64,000 nucleotides of DNA from Eremomyces bilateralis CBS 781.70 (lineage: Eukaryota). Shown here one piece after another: positions 12,759-26,749 of the stretch. Within the stretch, counting starts at the first letter, position 1. Each line of letters begins with the position of its first letter. The translations under genes were made by a program, and so were the position numbers. Location of the stretch: NCBI GenBank assembly GCA_010015585.1, contig ML975155.1; one strand, 5' to 3'. Below the pieces are notes generated by a model that saw only the letters and a list, made by a program, of their open reading frames with translations, did no database searches and was not told where the DNA came from.

Positions 12759-14901
12759 ATGAATACCAACAACGGCTCGCGTTCAACCCACCCTTCCCAC
12801 TCGGATACTGGAGACAGAAGGAATCCCACCTCAGCAGCATCGTCGTCGTTGTCGTATTCACAGCACCCCCATCTTCAACCCAATCTTCAAAATCTCCCGA
12901 ATCTCACGGCCAACGTCGCTGGTGCAGCCGCTCCACAGGGCGCTCTCACTGCAGGCCTCCCTGGCCAGACCCACCACACCACCTCCCACCACACCACCTC
13001 CCACCAGGGCCACCATCCTCAACTTCCGCCCATCACCGACTCAAACCATCAACGGAGGTCTGGTGCTATCGCTACGAATCAGTCGAATCTCCATCCGCGT
13101 CCCTCGAACATGACTGCGATGTATTCGCATAACATGAACGCGATGCCTCATACCCCTATGGTTACCCACGGCTCCAATCCCGCCCTCAACATGCCGACCA
13201 GTGGCCTGAACGGCTACCCTTCAGCTTCCGGAACGCCACTTCCCTCGGCCATTCGACACTCCAACGCCATGTACAATCCACATGTTCAACAGCACCATCC
13301 GTCATCACACCAAGGAGGTCCTCAATCGATACAGCCGCAACCACCGCATTCGCAACAGCAGCATTCGCAACCATCGTACGCGTCGTCGCATGCGATGAAC
13401 CTTCCGACCACCACGAGTACCTATTCGCCCATTAACGGCGTCTCTCCCGCTCCGACCAATTCGCTTCACAACGGTGTTCATTCTTATCCATCATCGACGC
13501 AGATCAGTCCGCAACACACCCCGCTCACGATGCCATCGCAGCTGCCGTTGTCGGCCGACATGAACGGGTCGTTAGCGCGCGCAGGAATGCCCCAGCTAGG
13601 AGCGCAAATCTCGCAATATCAGCAGCAGCAGCCGCAGACGCCAGGTTCGCCGAAACATGTTGTCGGACAGCAGGGACGGAGAGGGATTCTTCCATCTGCA
13701 ACAGGCCAGAATCCAACTCCCGTGGCCAGGACCCAGATGCCGACCAAAAATGATGATGGCAAATACCCGTGCCAGCACTGCAATAAGCAGTATCAGCACT
13801 TGAAACATCTCAAGCGCCATATGTTGAGACGTGAGTTGCCCCTCTTTCCGCGTTCCATACTATTCTTCAGGATCGAGTGTCGGTTCGGTGTCCACAGAAC
13901 CCTTTTTGCACCACATATCCCCACAACTTCGCATCGCCAATCGGACCCACTCGCTGACCTCAACTAGATACTGGTGAACGTCCATACCCTTGCCGTCTAT
14001 GTCAAGATCGCTTCTCTCGCTCCGATATTCTGAAGCGACACTTCCAAAAGTGTGCGGAACGTCGCGGTCATCCAGCTGGCTCGCTCGACCATCTCGAAGG
14101 GACCCGTGGTTCCGGTCCGAACTCGCAACGTGGCGGCACTGCCACCGCGTCGAACCGCAACAGCACCGGCAGCCTTGCCGATAGCTTCCAACCGGGTACA
14201 TCCACCCTCGATATCTCCGGATCGGACTCCCACGTGAATGTGTCCTCCGCCGGCATCCCTAGCATCAACACGATGGATCCTTCCAACCCACTACTAGGTA
14301 TTTTTACCTCCTCCGTGACGGGATCCCGAGCGCTTACTGTTTCAACAGGCCATCATCTCTCCCACCCGCAACAGCACGCGCACCATCCTTTTCCGAGCGC
14401 ATTCCAATCCACCTCCCGCGCCAATTCCGCCGCAGGCATCCCCGCCTCCCGGCCGTCGATCAACAACCTGCAATCCATCTCCCCGCATCACCAGCATCAC
14501 GGCCACCCGCAACAGCAAGGTCATCCCGCGGAACCCCGTCGCAGCATCTCCACTCTCGAGATGCCTCATCTCCAGAACCACGGCGCCGCTGGCAACAACC
14601 TTGCGCCCATGATGCACATGCAAGGTGGAGCCGGCCAAAGCGGACAAGCTGGAACCGGCGCCAACGCAGGCATGGGACCTGACAGCGGCGACTGGAGTAT
14701 CGATATGCAGATGTTGTTGAATGCGACACACGGGGCTGCGAACATGAACGCGGTGGGAGCGGGGAGGTGAGCTCCTTATAACATGACATTCGCATGAGGA
14801 CGCGGGGTCGTTCGACGTGGTGAAGACGTCGGGCTAACATTGAGAGTAGCAGCAATAGAGCCCCAATGCCGCGACAAGAGAATCACCCGGCAATCAAATG
14901 A
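12759..14901 (+). CDS. nsdC: C2H2/C2HC zinc-finger transcription factor, NsdC-like
   Basis: HVVGQQGRRGILPSA...KNDDGKYPCQHCNKQYQHLKHLKRHMLR, intron 13831-13967, then HTGERPYPCRLCQDRFSRSDILKRHFQKC; this matches my recollection of the NsdC family signature. Last intron 14767 to about 14849-14858; stop 14899-14901. Confidence 0.8.
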
Positions 14902-17900
14902 GAGGGCGGCGGCGGCGATCCGAACGTCTGGCCAGACTTTCGTTGAAAGGGTTGGGCTTTAACGAAAAGTTTGGGGAGAGTGGCAGTTATTGTTTTTTTT
15001 CCTTTCCTGCGTTATACTGCGACGACTCCCGGATCGAACTCTGTAACCACGGCCTGCAAAAACACCTAATGTCGTCATGACGGTATGGCAAAATTCTCGG
15101 CGGCTGTTACTTTCGCACGCTAAGAGGATCTCCGGGATTGCCAGTGGGGTCTTCCTCTACCTATTGCCATCATCGCAAATTTCGAACGACAAACGCATTT
15201 CTAGACTCCTTACAATGGGAAAAAACGGATCAAGGGAATAGGGCCACATTATGATACTTAGAACTGAATAGACCGGGAGCGCATCATCCAAAACATCCGG
15301 GACTGGCAAAACCCAATTCTTTCATCCGGATCGGATCGGGGACAATGGACAACGGACATGGGATGCGAATTGAAATTGATAGTGTTTTCTTTTCTTAACT
15401 TTCATTTCTTTGACGATATGCTTCAATAATGCTTTGTGTGGTTCGCGGTGTGTTTCCTTGTTCTTTCACATCATCTCAGGTCTTTCGCAAGGCCTCCAAA
15501 ACGACACAATAGACTGCGACGATTTCTCTTACCTGTATTTCCTCCTTTCCTTCCCTTGCACTTGCCGGCGTCTCGGGCGCTACCGTCCTTCCCCTTCCCC
15601 CATATGTTTCCCACTTCTTCTTCCCCATATTTCACCCATATTCCACACAATAGATGGGTCGGTCGGTTATCATCTTTCTTAAAAACGATCCACGGTTCTC
15701 GGATCGTCATGGACAGCCATCGGTCATACTTCGACCGGGTTGGGAGGGTGTCTTCGACCGGTCATGTCGGGAGGGTGTCCGGGTTCCCCACGCTTTCCCT
15801 GGCCTTGTTTTAGATAAATATCTTTCTTTTCATGCTCTGAAACGGCCTCACCTCTTTCCAAATTGCATGGCTTGCGGCCGGGGCATCGCCATCCGCACGT
15901 TTCCCTTTCCATTCTCTACCGACTCGTCGAAGCGGTTGGACTTGGTCGATCGGCGGATCTCGAGGATGTTCAGTCGCAGGGACTTTTCGTTATCGAGCAT
16001 CCATACATTCCATCGACGGGCGGTCGGGATTTACTTACGCTCGAACATGGACGACTTCGGCTTAGAGATAAGACTGGCGACTGTTACAAAGCATCCACAC
16101 ATACCATGGTGTCAGAACGGGAGGATTTTTATCGCACTTCGGCACAGTGGTTGAGTTAAAAAGGAGAGGAAACGATGCGGACGGTATACATCGGACTGGG
16201 GTGGGAATGCGCAAATCTTCTCCGGTCTCTTACCTGGGTCTTCGTATCATGCAATTCATCCGGGCTTCCCTCTCATCGGGTGGGGGATCGCATGCATCTT
16301 CGTCGTAAACGGAGACAACGGAAGGATGAGCCGGGAGTGCGCGATGTTCCACGGCCGGTCAAATATGTACGGAGTAGAGTAATGCAGGAATGGAAATTGC
16401 AAGATTAATGGATTGTTCGATGGGGGATGGGCCGTTCCGTCTTGCTCGCGCAGTAGCATAAGGACGTCTTCCTGTCCCTTTTTATTTCTATGGTATTGTG
16501 AGTTGTAATTCGCTTCAGTGTTTCCCAAATCGCCGAACGGCACTTTCCATCGATTCTGCTATCCTCCCTTCAGTTCCACGTTTCATTATTATTATTCACT
16601 TATTTTCCGTCTTCCATTTCCCATTGCTGGTCACCAGGTGCGCGAGTCATGCAGTAGATCCCACGGCTGATGGATCATCGTGTCCGGTACGTGAGACCGA
16701 CGTACCAAACACTGAGCTGAAAGCTGGCCACACCCTGACCAAGAGTCTGAATCACGATTCTCGGTATCCGTTCGCACAATCGAGATGGCGGCGGTGATAT
16801 GGCGAAAATGGTGAACATGGCGAGCCTGGTGACCCCATACCAAGAAATGGTCTTGTACACGGAGTGCATCACGACGAGAAGTGCTGCGTGGGTCACCAGA
16901 GCAAGACACGTAAGTCAGTACTAGCATGCCTATTATCTATAATTTAAGGAAAGTATTAATGTTGAACAGGATTATCTTAAAGAACGGCGTGTCGAGGCGC
17001 ATCCCGCGCCGCAGCGACACAGGGGCTTCATCAAATCGTGGCATCGAGCTGTTAACCAATCTTCGACCGCTTCCGATCGAAATAAGATGAATAGTTCCCC
17101 CTCGATACTTCATATATAAACTCGAAGTGCCAGGTGAAAAAGCAAGTTCAATATTTATTGCCCTCGTTCTCTCGAACCCCTGATGGACAGGAGATGAGAT
17201 CTCCCAACCCTTGCGAAAGAATCAAGATGCTACAGAAGAGAAATTCAAGAATTCTATTTTATCATGTTCACTCCTCGGGCTTTGAAAGGCTGCAGAGCTT
17301 AGTCGAGTGTCTAGCCCCCTCCCGCCCCACGGATGAGGAGTTGAAGAATTTCAGTCCTTTCAGTGTCCCGCGAGACAACTCGATCAGACACACAACTGGC
17401 ATGAGCATGCCGCTGTTTGGCAAGACTAGGTGCCGAGTGCTTCCTGGCATACTTCGGATAACGGAGACGTTTGTCAGACCCTAATCCGACGCATAGCAAC
17501 CTCACACCAGCAGCACTTCAGTCCCCGTATGAAAAGGACTACTTTAGCGTCTTCCTCCTCCTATCCCCAATAAACGCTCGAAACCCCACGCTCAGGATCA
17601 GAGCCTCTCTCACGGCGTCAAAGGAATGTGTTGAAGACTTCGATGCGATCTGTCAATGTTCATCACCGAAACCCCGTACTGTTCAAGGGTGGAGGCGATC
17701 CCTCATCCTTTACTGGAGCGAGCGATCCTGTCGTCCCTCGAACTTCTATTTCTGCCTCTTCAACTCCATCCCCCTATCTCCGAGGCTACTCCCTATGGCT
17801 CGTCCTAAGGGAAGCGGCTCGAGCATCACTCGATCGGATGGACGCTTCGGTGCGGCACCGACTAACTTGCCCGCGATTGAATGGCTACTTCGGATGTCTA

Positions 17901-20822
17901 ATATTCTCGACCGGGAGCACACTTGCTCTTCTCATCGTTCATGGCGTGTGTTGAGTCAGATGGACTCATTCATCATAATTCTGTCTCGGATGTCGGCTTC
18001 GAAGAGGTGTGTAGCATCGATGCCACCCGTCGTGCACATGTTCCTATGCTCATTCATTGTCTGCTGTGTGGTCTTTGATAAGGCGTAGAGCTATATGCTG
18101 GGATGGTGGCTATGTCCTCCGAGTGTTGCATTGCCAGCGATAGATCGATGGTCGGCCATTGCATAGCTTGAACAGAAGACATGCTGTTGCATTTAGCATC
18201 CAAGGAACGTTGATTGTTGGTTAATGCGGTTCAGATCGCTTGACTTATTTACCCCGTCCTCACAGACAACTTTATCATCGCATGCCGCCGTAGTCATCAC
18301 TCCGATTGCTCGCCAGTGCTGTCTTTCGTTTGCTCTCCGACTCAACATCCACCCACCTCAGGGGTGCTTTCGTGACGTGCTATCTCCCTGTAGTATGCCC
18401 CCATCGTCACCTAGAATATTTAACTAAAATTCACTAGTATCAACACACCTTGACATCATTGGGATATTCTCCGCTACAGGCCAGCTAGAGCTCCTGACCA
18501 GAATGAAGGCTTCTCGATATCATTGTTGCCTTGAGCTGTTCTGCAGAGAAGCAAGAAGCCGTATCGAATAAGATGCCCATAGTCGCCATGAAGAATCATA
18601 ACCTGTATGAAGATGCAAGCCATATCTGCCAACGCCCCTTCATCCTGTAGCTGTTGTCGTCATCATTCAGTTCCGTTTGCCTCCTGTTCTTTCCCATTTC
18701 AGTAAATTGCTATATCAATATATTATGCCTTCCACATTCGGCGTTATTTCAATTCTCATAATTCAGTTTCCATCCAACATGTTCGCTTGTCATGACTATA
18801 TCTATGATCAAAATCAGAAACGTTTGAGAGTCCAGCTCCTATCGTACTGTGTTATCACTTCGCCATTCCAGTTCGAGGAATCTAGAGCCTCCTGTCCTTG
18901 AATCTCAACATGTCTTCATCGCTTCTATCCCAGCATATGGCTGTTTTAATGTCGTTCATAGTTTTCGCTGTGTTCTGTTCTATTATTTAATGAGAGTCGA
19001 GTAAAGAGTATACGTTTTCCATTGCTTCCGCGTTCCCTCGTATAGAACATCTTTGTATAATCGCTGCGTAAATATATCTCGTTCAATAGCGATGGATTTA
19101 TCTACATTTTCTATACATCCTGCATACTAAACGAGATGTTGTTCTCGATCCGATATAGTTGCATTGTCAGGTTATAAAGATGTGGCCTTACAAGAATGTC
19201 GACAGCCTCTCATTCTTAGCGCCTATACAAACCAACGAGCCTAGAATACAGGATATTCCGACCGATGACCCACCTACCCACCAACTTTGATCCGTCTACG
19301 CAGAAAGTCTGCGAACTCCTAGACATCGCTACTTCAACATTACCACATATTTTCAGAGGTGTTTGGCACGGCAAGGTCCTAGCCGCCCAGACATGTTGCG
19401 ATGTGCACTCGATAATGGATGAGCCGTGGAAGGGATGAGTCACTCGATATGGGAAGGACCCTACGGCTGACCTTCTCGGATCCATTATACGATCCTGTTC
19501 GATATCGAGGGTCGTCACACCTTAAAAGTCTCTCTATGGTATACCGCCATGGAACATACCCATCTTGTTGTGCGGTAGCTCTGGACCCCTATTTCGCGAA
19601 CCAGTCCATGTGGCTAGCCATGGCCTATACCAAACCATCAGCAACCCTATACCGTAGGAATCCTCAACGCGTCTCTGCTTGCTGTCTATCTATGTCCTAC
19701 TCGTCTCGTTCGCATCATGTAGGCTAGAGACAATGTAGATAGCAATGCAATACGTTCCTTCCCTCGTCCGGATCGTCCCTTAGAAGAAGAAGAGGAATTC
19801 CCTGAACTTAGCTGTCCAAGTTTAATACTGCTTAACCGTTGTTTCACGATCTCCCCTGAAAGGTGTTTTCTTTCTTTCACCTGAACCGCGAACCAACCTT
19901 GGTTCGTTCCTTCCATTTTCAGTCTTATGACTCTTATTGCGCTTCCGTGGTCTAGTTCTCGCCTTCTGTCTGTGCTAGGACGTGGACCGTGTTGTCTCAA
20001 CGGGTCCGGGGTGAAATCTGAACCACATCGTTCTTCTTGTGCTGGTTAAAGGGACTTAGCCCTAGCGGTCCTCAAGGGTCCTGCCACACTTGCGATAGCT
20101 TCGTACTGTTTCTGTACTAATCACTTCGCCTTCATTTGAATTGGTATGTCCTGTCCTTAGAGAGAATATGTTATTCCTATTAGCTCGCAAATCTCTTTGA
20201 AATTTCGTACGCTTGCCATGATCTTTCATATAGGAAGGCATTCGTGAACCTGTATCCGAGGATCGGTCCCTGGCCCGAAACCTAAACCATCTCTCTGGTT
20301 CTGGTACCTGAGTTTCCCATGTGCCTTCCCGCACCCCGTGGTGCTATGCGAGTTCGTTCCTGACTACCACAATGTCACTCACCTTTTTTTCAGTCTCAAC
20401 AGCAGTAGGCGCCCCTGTATATGGTTTCGCCAACCAGATTTTTTCATATACAAGGCTGAGAAACGTACTAGTTGAGTAGAGTTTTGGTCGTAATGTACCG
20501 CATCCATTCAGTAGAACAGTATCATCGCGGTTTGCCAAATCCAAACAGGCCAGAGCTGAACTTCTTGAGTCTCACAATCGCACATAAAAGTCCAGATGTC
20601 GTCGCCATTCTGTCCCGTTTGCTGATTCCTCAGACACATCTGAAACCCAGCTCTCTTGCACAGTGACTTCACAAGATAGCTTTTGCACTCCTAAGTATTG
20701 TCACACATACTCAGTTAATCTCACGTACAACCACATTCATCCTCTTCAGTCAACACAACACCGTTTTCACTCAACCCCCCTCTTTCACTCCGCATCACCT
20801 TTCGCCAAGGTGCACAGTAGCT

Positions 20823-22208
20823 ATGGCACACGAAGTCCCGAGCTTCACCAGCTTCGAGTCCACGGACTCAAACATGGCTCAAGAGGCCATGTACATCAAC
20901 GGCATGGAGCAACGAGATGAGCTGCTGAACTCCGAGCTCCCATCTCCAGACCAAGAAGAGGATGATTGGGAGGAGCTCACCATTCCGGGGGTCCGCGATA
21001 CGGATTTAGATCTGAGCGATTTCGGCCTGGACTTTCCCGAACTGGGTCTCTTCAACGGGGACCTTGTCCGCCTGGGCGTGTCAGATGGGAGGAACGATTC
21101 ACCCCTGGATGGAGAGCCCCTGCCCCAGCTAAACGCGGAAAGGGCCAACGAACCGGGCCCGGGCCCCGCTCAGCCGATGGCTCAGGGGAGCAGTTCCGCA
21201 ACGTCACCATCGTCCTCGGAACAGAATTTCCTCGTGGCCTTCGGGCTTCCCACACCACGCACTCCAGTCGTGGGATCCCCGGTCAGGTCTGTTCCTCTCC
21301 TCCCCTCTCCTCCTGCTCCCCTCCGTCGCTCCAATCCCACTCCCCCCAACTCGAGTCCCTCCGCCCCCTCCACCTCTCAGGCGCCTACTCAATCTCAGGC
21401 CAAAAAGCGGAGGAGGGCAGGGGTCACCCCCCCGCGGAACCCGCCCATCTTCCGCCCGGTACAACCAGTGGCGTGGCCCGTGCAAATGATGCACGTGCCA
21501 CCGCACGCCCCAACACTGATGATGCCAGTGCAAGCTGCGACTTCGAGCCTGCCCCCCCAGTACCAGGCCGGGTCACCAATGCAGCTGGGCCAAGGGGGAT
21601 ATGCCGCGATTGGTCCATACGGCTCGGCGGCACACTACCAAATGCAGTCGTCGGGCTCGCATCGGCATCTGGGGTTGGGGTCCCTGGACCAGATGTACTG
21701 GGACCCAAACTTGATGGCGGACGTGTCCCAGCCACAGACACACACTAATCCGCCGCCGGGACGTCAAGATCCCTCCTGGGGAAATGGAACTCGCCGCAGT
21801 CGCCAGCGGGTTCATTCGGAAGCCCTGCCGGAACCAACCGCGGGATCTCCCGCCGCCCTCACGGTCCAAGTCACGACCGTCGAGCAAGGCCCGGGGAAAC
21901 CACTCGCTCCGAAGCCACTGCTGGGCTGTACCGCGACCAGTAGGGACCGCGGATGTGTGGTTAGCTGCCTGGTCAACGTCAATCCGGAAGGGTGGTGCAG
22001 GCGGGGACGACCGAGGAAGGCGGTGTCGGAGGAGGAGCAGAGGAGGAAGAACCAGATGCCCAAGCGGGGAAGGGGACGACCCCGGGGTTCGAAGAATAGG
22101 CTCAAGGTGAAGAAGTCGATGGAGAAGGGGAAGGAGGAGGAGCGCGTGAAGGACGCGGAGGAGGCGCGGGGCCCCCTGTGGAAGTGGATGGAAGACGAGC
22201 AGGACTGA
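20823..22208 (+). CDS. Intronless low-complexity protein with two AT-hook motifs (putative DNA-binding protein)
   Basis: 461-aa ORF. Acidic N-terminus, Pro/Ser-rich middle, basic KKRRR (NLS-like), and RRGRPRK and KRGRGRPRGSKN near the C-terminus. Preceded by a CT-rich leader. Confidence 0.72.
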   Translation: MAHEVPSFTSFESTDSNMAQEAMYINGMEQRDELLNSELPSPDQEEDDWEELTIPGVRDTDLDLSDFGLDFPELGLFNGDLVRLGVSDGRNDSPLDGEPLPQLNAERANEPGPGPAQPMAQGSSSATSPSSSEQNFLVAFGLPTPRTPVVGSPVRSVPLLPSPPAPLRRSNPTPPNSSPSAPSTSQAPTQSQAKKRRRAGVTPPRNPPIFRPVQPVAWPVQMMHVPPHAPTLMMPVQAATSSLPPQYQAGSPMQLGQGGYAAIGPYGSAAHYQMQSSGSHRHLGLGSLDQMYWDPNLMADVSQPQTHTNPPPGRQDPSWGNGTRRSRQRVHSEALPEPTAGSPAALTVQVTTVEQGPGKPLAPKPLLGCTATSRDRGCVVSCLVNVNPEGWCRRGRPRKAVSEEEQRRKNQMPKRGRGRPRGSKNRLKVKKSMEKGKEEERVKDAEEARGPLWKWMEDEQD

Positions 22209-23276
22209 GGGCGGGGATTTGGGGCGGTTGTTTGCTCGTCGTGCATTTCGTTCTCAGAGTTTCGGATCAAGCGTTTTGGAAATCGGTCTCTGGCGTTCGG
22301 TGGAAGATGCCCAATTCGGCGGGGGTTTCTGGAGTCTGAAGTTCGTTCTTCATGGTCATGTATCCCATTTCTTCATGTATGATAAAAACCAAAAAGATAT
22401 TAAACACATTCGCCAGTCCACGGCTTGCGCCTCTCTTGATCGACATGGTTGTGACCTGTAAGCTACATCAGCGTATCGATCATGACACTAATAGACATCC
22501 TTTCTGGCAAATGCAGTATGAAGAGTCCCATATGGAGATAGTCCCATCTTTTCCTTGTGTTCACCCGATACCACCCAAGTCCTATACCAGACCACCGAAC
22601 TCCGCTGCCATTCTTGAGGCACCTACCCAATACCCCATTCATAGATCCCGCACCGGAACGAAGAACCGGGTTCCTGGACCTTTCGACCGCTCTTCATCAC
22701 TGAAAAATCCATCCTTTACATTGGAATTCACGTTACCGTCGTCCGCTTCCGAGTTCTCTTCAATTTGTTGGCCGGATTCCCGTGGCATATCGGCTTGTCT
22801 TTCGACGGTGGTGAGAGCAAGTCCAGCTACAGATTGGAGTTGATGCCAAGTGGTATTTCCCAATCCTGGGGCACTTGATCCCGCTTCTGCATGGACAAGG
22901 TCCGCTACAGCGTCGTCTTCGGGTCCAGTATCTTCGATTTTTTATGTCGATCGACATGGTTGGACGACCACATGTACTTCAGGTAGGTAAAAATTTCCAT
23001 TCTACCGAAATTCATGATGATACTTTCTGTACCTATCTCGCCTCTGGGGATTCCAGTGATAGAGTTGCCTTGCTGCGGGTGAATGGTGCTGACTAATCAG
23101 CCCCTGAAAGGAGATTCGTTTATTGTGATAAGCCCGCAGTCCTGGGAATGGGGCTGGATACAACGTTCACATCGATTTCGCTCCTGCTATTGTTTGCAAA
23201 GTCATCTTGTTCTTGAGAAGGTGATCTGTAGGAACTCAAATCGGGTTCTGCAATACCCTGTTGCCGCCGTGGGGTC

Positions 23277-23298
23277 TTGTTGTTGTTGTTGTTGTTGT
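23277..23298. repeat. (TTG)n microsatellite
   Basis: ttgttgttgttgttgttgttgt seen directly. Confidence 0.9.
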
Positions 23299-24263
23299 AT
23301 CGTATGCTCTAAGCTTCGTGGGGGATGGATTTGACACGATTTCTAGAAGCAAGCCGATAGCTATAGAACTAACCGGCGCAAAAAGTCCTATGGAGAAACT
23401 GTTGATGAGATGCCACTGGTTCATTTTGGTAGAGGAGATGTTTCACAAGGCAAGTAGCGAAAATAAAGGGGGCGGGGAGACCCACCGCCGAACCATCCGA
23501 AGCCTCCCTTCTCCCCGTTCTTTTGGCCCACCAAATCATCCTCTGATAAACATCCGAAAGCTTATATTAACTCCCTTCGTACCCGTAGTTTCCTAGTTAA
23601 TCCCTAATATAGACAGTCCAGTCCAAATCCCCCATAACACTTCCTGATCGAAGGATATAGTAGTGATCCAGCACTTGTCAAACAGCATCAATACTACCAC
23701 CTTTAGCTTGAGGTCAATGTAAGATGAGAGCTGCATGGTGACGAAGTCATGGATTCCGTAAAACTGGGAATAATTCAAGCAAGAAGCATTTCTACCAAGA
23801 AAAAGTCACCGGCCCTGTGCATGCGATTCGCCTGTCACTATTAGCGCGTTTCCAGGCCATGTTGGTTGTTGGCGTGCAAACGACCAGCTCATTAGCATCC
23901 AAGCAGGGCGCAACTTGGGAAATTGGGAGGAGGGAATTTCTCCTCCGCCATCGCGGTGATGGGCCTTTTCATTCATTCTTGATCGTGTACAGAAGGAGGC
24001 GACCTTGGATTCTATGAATTCACTCGCTTTTCTGAATCCGAGCACATCGTGACGAGATTACAAGTCGAACAAACAGAGCACCTTGCCGTGCACCACAGTT
24101 CACTTCACTTTGCATTACTCAACCCTTCAACTACACTTACTAGACTTACCTCATTTTTGCCGAAGTATATAACCTCCTTATCCCTCTCCGAGCGCGGTAG
24201 TGACATCTCGCCTTTATCCTTCCACTCATTATAACCACGAGGTCACTACCCCCATCGCTCAGT

Positions 24264-25738
24264 ATGCGGCACTCCACCGACCCTACCACAGGTAGCTCGA
24301 CCGAGCCAAAGCCCGACACGATCATCCCTCCGCACTCATCATCTGGCAATAGCAGACATGCGCGGAACTCCTCGCTGCCCTTCTATGGCGGGTCGCCCAT
24401 GAGGATCACGCGAGGAATCAAGCCGGAGGGAGAGTCGGGAAGGCGAGGGGTGCATCCGTGGAAGTTTCTGAAGATCTGCTTCCAGGGGAGCTGTCAGGCG
24501 GGGATGGTGATGAATTTCCTGTGGCCAGTGGTGCCGGCTGCGATTGCGGTGGTATGTTCCTTCCATATAGCTCTTCTAGTCGTATAGTGTGCGTAATGCA
24601 TACTGGCAGGATAGAATGATTGCTAAGACGAGATCTCCAGAACTACGCCCGGCCAAAAGATTTCCTCGCCATCTTCATCCTCAACTACATCGCCATGATC
24701 CCCGCCGCCAACCTGCTCGGCTTCGCCAGCCAGGAACTCGCCCGCAAGCTCCCCAAAGTCCTCGGCGTCATCCTCGAAACCACCTTCGGCTCCCTCGTCG
24801 AGATCGTCCTCTTCATGGTGCTGATCGCCAAAGGCGACGGCAGCGTCCAGATTATCAAGGCCGCCATCCTGGGCTCCATCCTCGCGAACCTCCTCCTATG
24901 CCTAGGCCTCTGCTTCTTTTTCGGCGGCCTCCGGCGCAACGAGCAGTCCTTCCACGAGGCCGTCAGCGAGGTCGGCAGCAACCTCATGCTCGTCGCCGGC
25001 ATGGGCCTCATCATCCCTGCGCTGTTCGCCGCCTCGGTCACCTCTGGCATCACCGAATCTACCCCGATGTCCCCCGAGCAACTCGACAGACACGTCCTCC
25101 GCATCTCCCGCGCCGTCGCCATCATCCTCGTGTGCGGCTACTTCCTCTACGTCTTCTTCCAAATCCGCTCGCACCACGGCCTCTACGAAGACCTCCTCGA
25201 ATCCGACGAGGCCAAAGACGTCGACCGCTCCCGCGACCTCTACAAGGCGAAGCTTACCCTCACCGAAACCCTCCTCGCCCTCGCCCTCGCCCTCGCCTGC
25301 GTCTCCCTCATCGCCGTCTTCCTCGTCGCGCAGATCCACCACCTCGTCGCGGAGCGCCACGTGTCGGACGCGTTCGTCGGGCTGATCCTCGTCCCGCTGG
25401 TCGAGAAGGCCGCCGAGCACATCACCGCCGTCGACGAGGCCTGGGATAACCAGATGAACTTCGCGCTCAGCCACGTGCTGGGCTCGAGCATCCAGACCGC
25501 GCTGCTGAACACGCCGTTGGTGGTGTTTGTTGGCTGGGGTCTCCACCTCGATATGAATCTGAAGTTCGAGCCGTTTGATGCGGCGGTGTTGATCTTGGCG
25601 ATCCTCGTCGTCGGGGGGTTCCTAAGGGATAAGAAGAGTAATTATTTGGAGGGCGCGCTGTGCGTGATGGTGTATGTCATGATCGCGATTTGCGCGTACT
25701 TCTATCCGAACCCGCTCGCGGCGGAGGGCCATCATTGA
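24264..25738 (+). CDS. Vacuolar Ca2+/H+ antiporter (CAX/Vcx1 family)
   Basis: GIKPEGESGRRGVHPWKF exon, intron 24552-24640. Motifs ETTFGSLVE, GSILANLLLCLG, LVPLVEKAAEH, GSSIQTAL and KSNYLEG; multiple TM helices. Confidence 0.93.
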
Positions 25739-26749
25739 CGAGGTGGGTTCGAGTGGGGTTGCTTTGAGTTCTTCAGCGTGTCCATTGCACAGTTTTCTTG
25801 CGTCGCGAAGGAATGATACCCCCTTGCGTTTGGCATTTTGCCGACGGTTTTTTCTGTCATGAGCATATATCATATACATAACATCGGGATTTACGACGTC
25901 AATGAATTTCGGTTCGGAATGTATCCGAGCCTCTGGATTAGGTACTTGATCATTCACTGATGGAATGAATGAATCGTGTCCACCGCCATCAATTCTTGAA
26001 ATCAGGACCGTCCCAACTCTTTCGCCGAAGTGTTTAACTGTCTACCCTTCCCAGGGTGCACCTGCAGCAAATCTAGAATTTCGATTCCGGTGCCCCACGA
26101 TACATGGCTGGTCCCAGACTTGTGGGTGTAACAATATGGAGCCAATGAGGATCAAAGTCAACATTGTTTGTCTCTGACTGCAAAATCTCGCACTGCAACG
26201 CTCCAGCCAAACGAAACGACAATGCCTAGTTTCCAGATTCGCCGTTATCAAAATACTAGTCCGCTAGGCCTAGGGGTATACGTCCATTCATAATGGACCC
26301 AGGCAACACTGAGAACGATGTCCGATTTCCCGATTCGTCTCCTATTTGAGAACTTCATGATCCCATCCCAGCACCAAGACACTCGTCGCTCAACATTCGG
26401 ATGTGCTATCGTATGCATTCTGAAAATACTTCGAGGACCACCGACGTATCCATGATTACGAAGTCTGCCTTGGGGGTACACGTCCAGGCAGTAGGATTGG
26501 CCTTGGTTCCCGTGTCTGGCATGTTTTCAGGACGGCCAAAGTCATCATCGATTACCGATCGGACCTCCCGTGTGGAGGGAATGTCGTCGTTCTGCATATT
26601 GTGTTTCACCGAGAAGCGCCCCTCCTCGCGACGTCGGCCGAACACGGGCCAGGAATCTTCAGTCTTCTCTGGCCCAGCTCAGCGCCGACACACCCGGACG
26701 ACTGTCCATCGACGATCTAGATAATATCGACCAAACCCCCGTGCCCCCA

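Noticed and set aside
24589..25449. 286-aa Arg/Pro-rich alternative-frame ORF in the Ca2+/H+ antiporter
   Set aside because: Off-frame product of C-ending codons.
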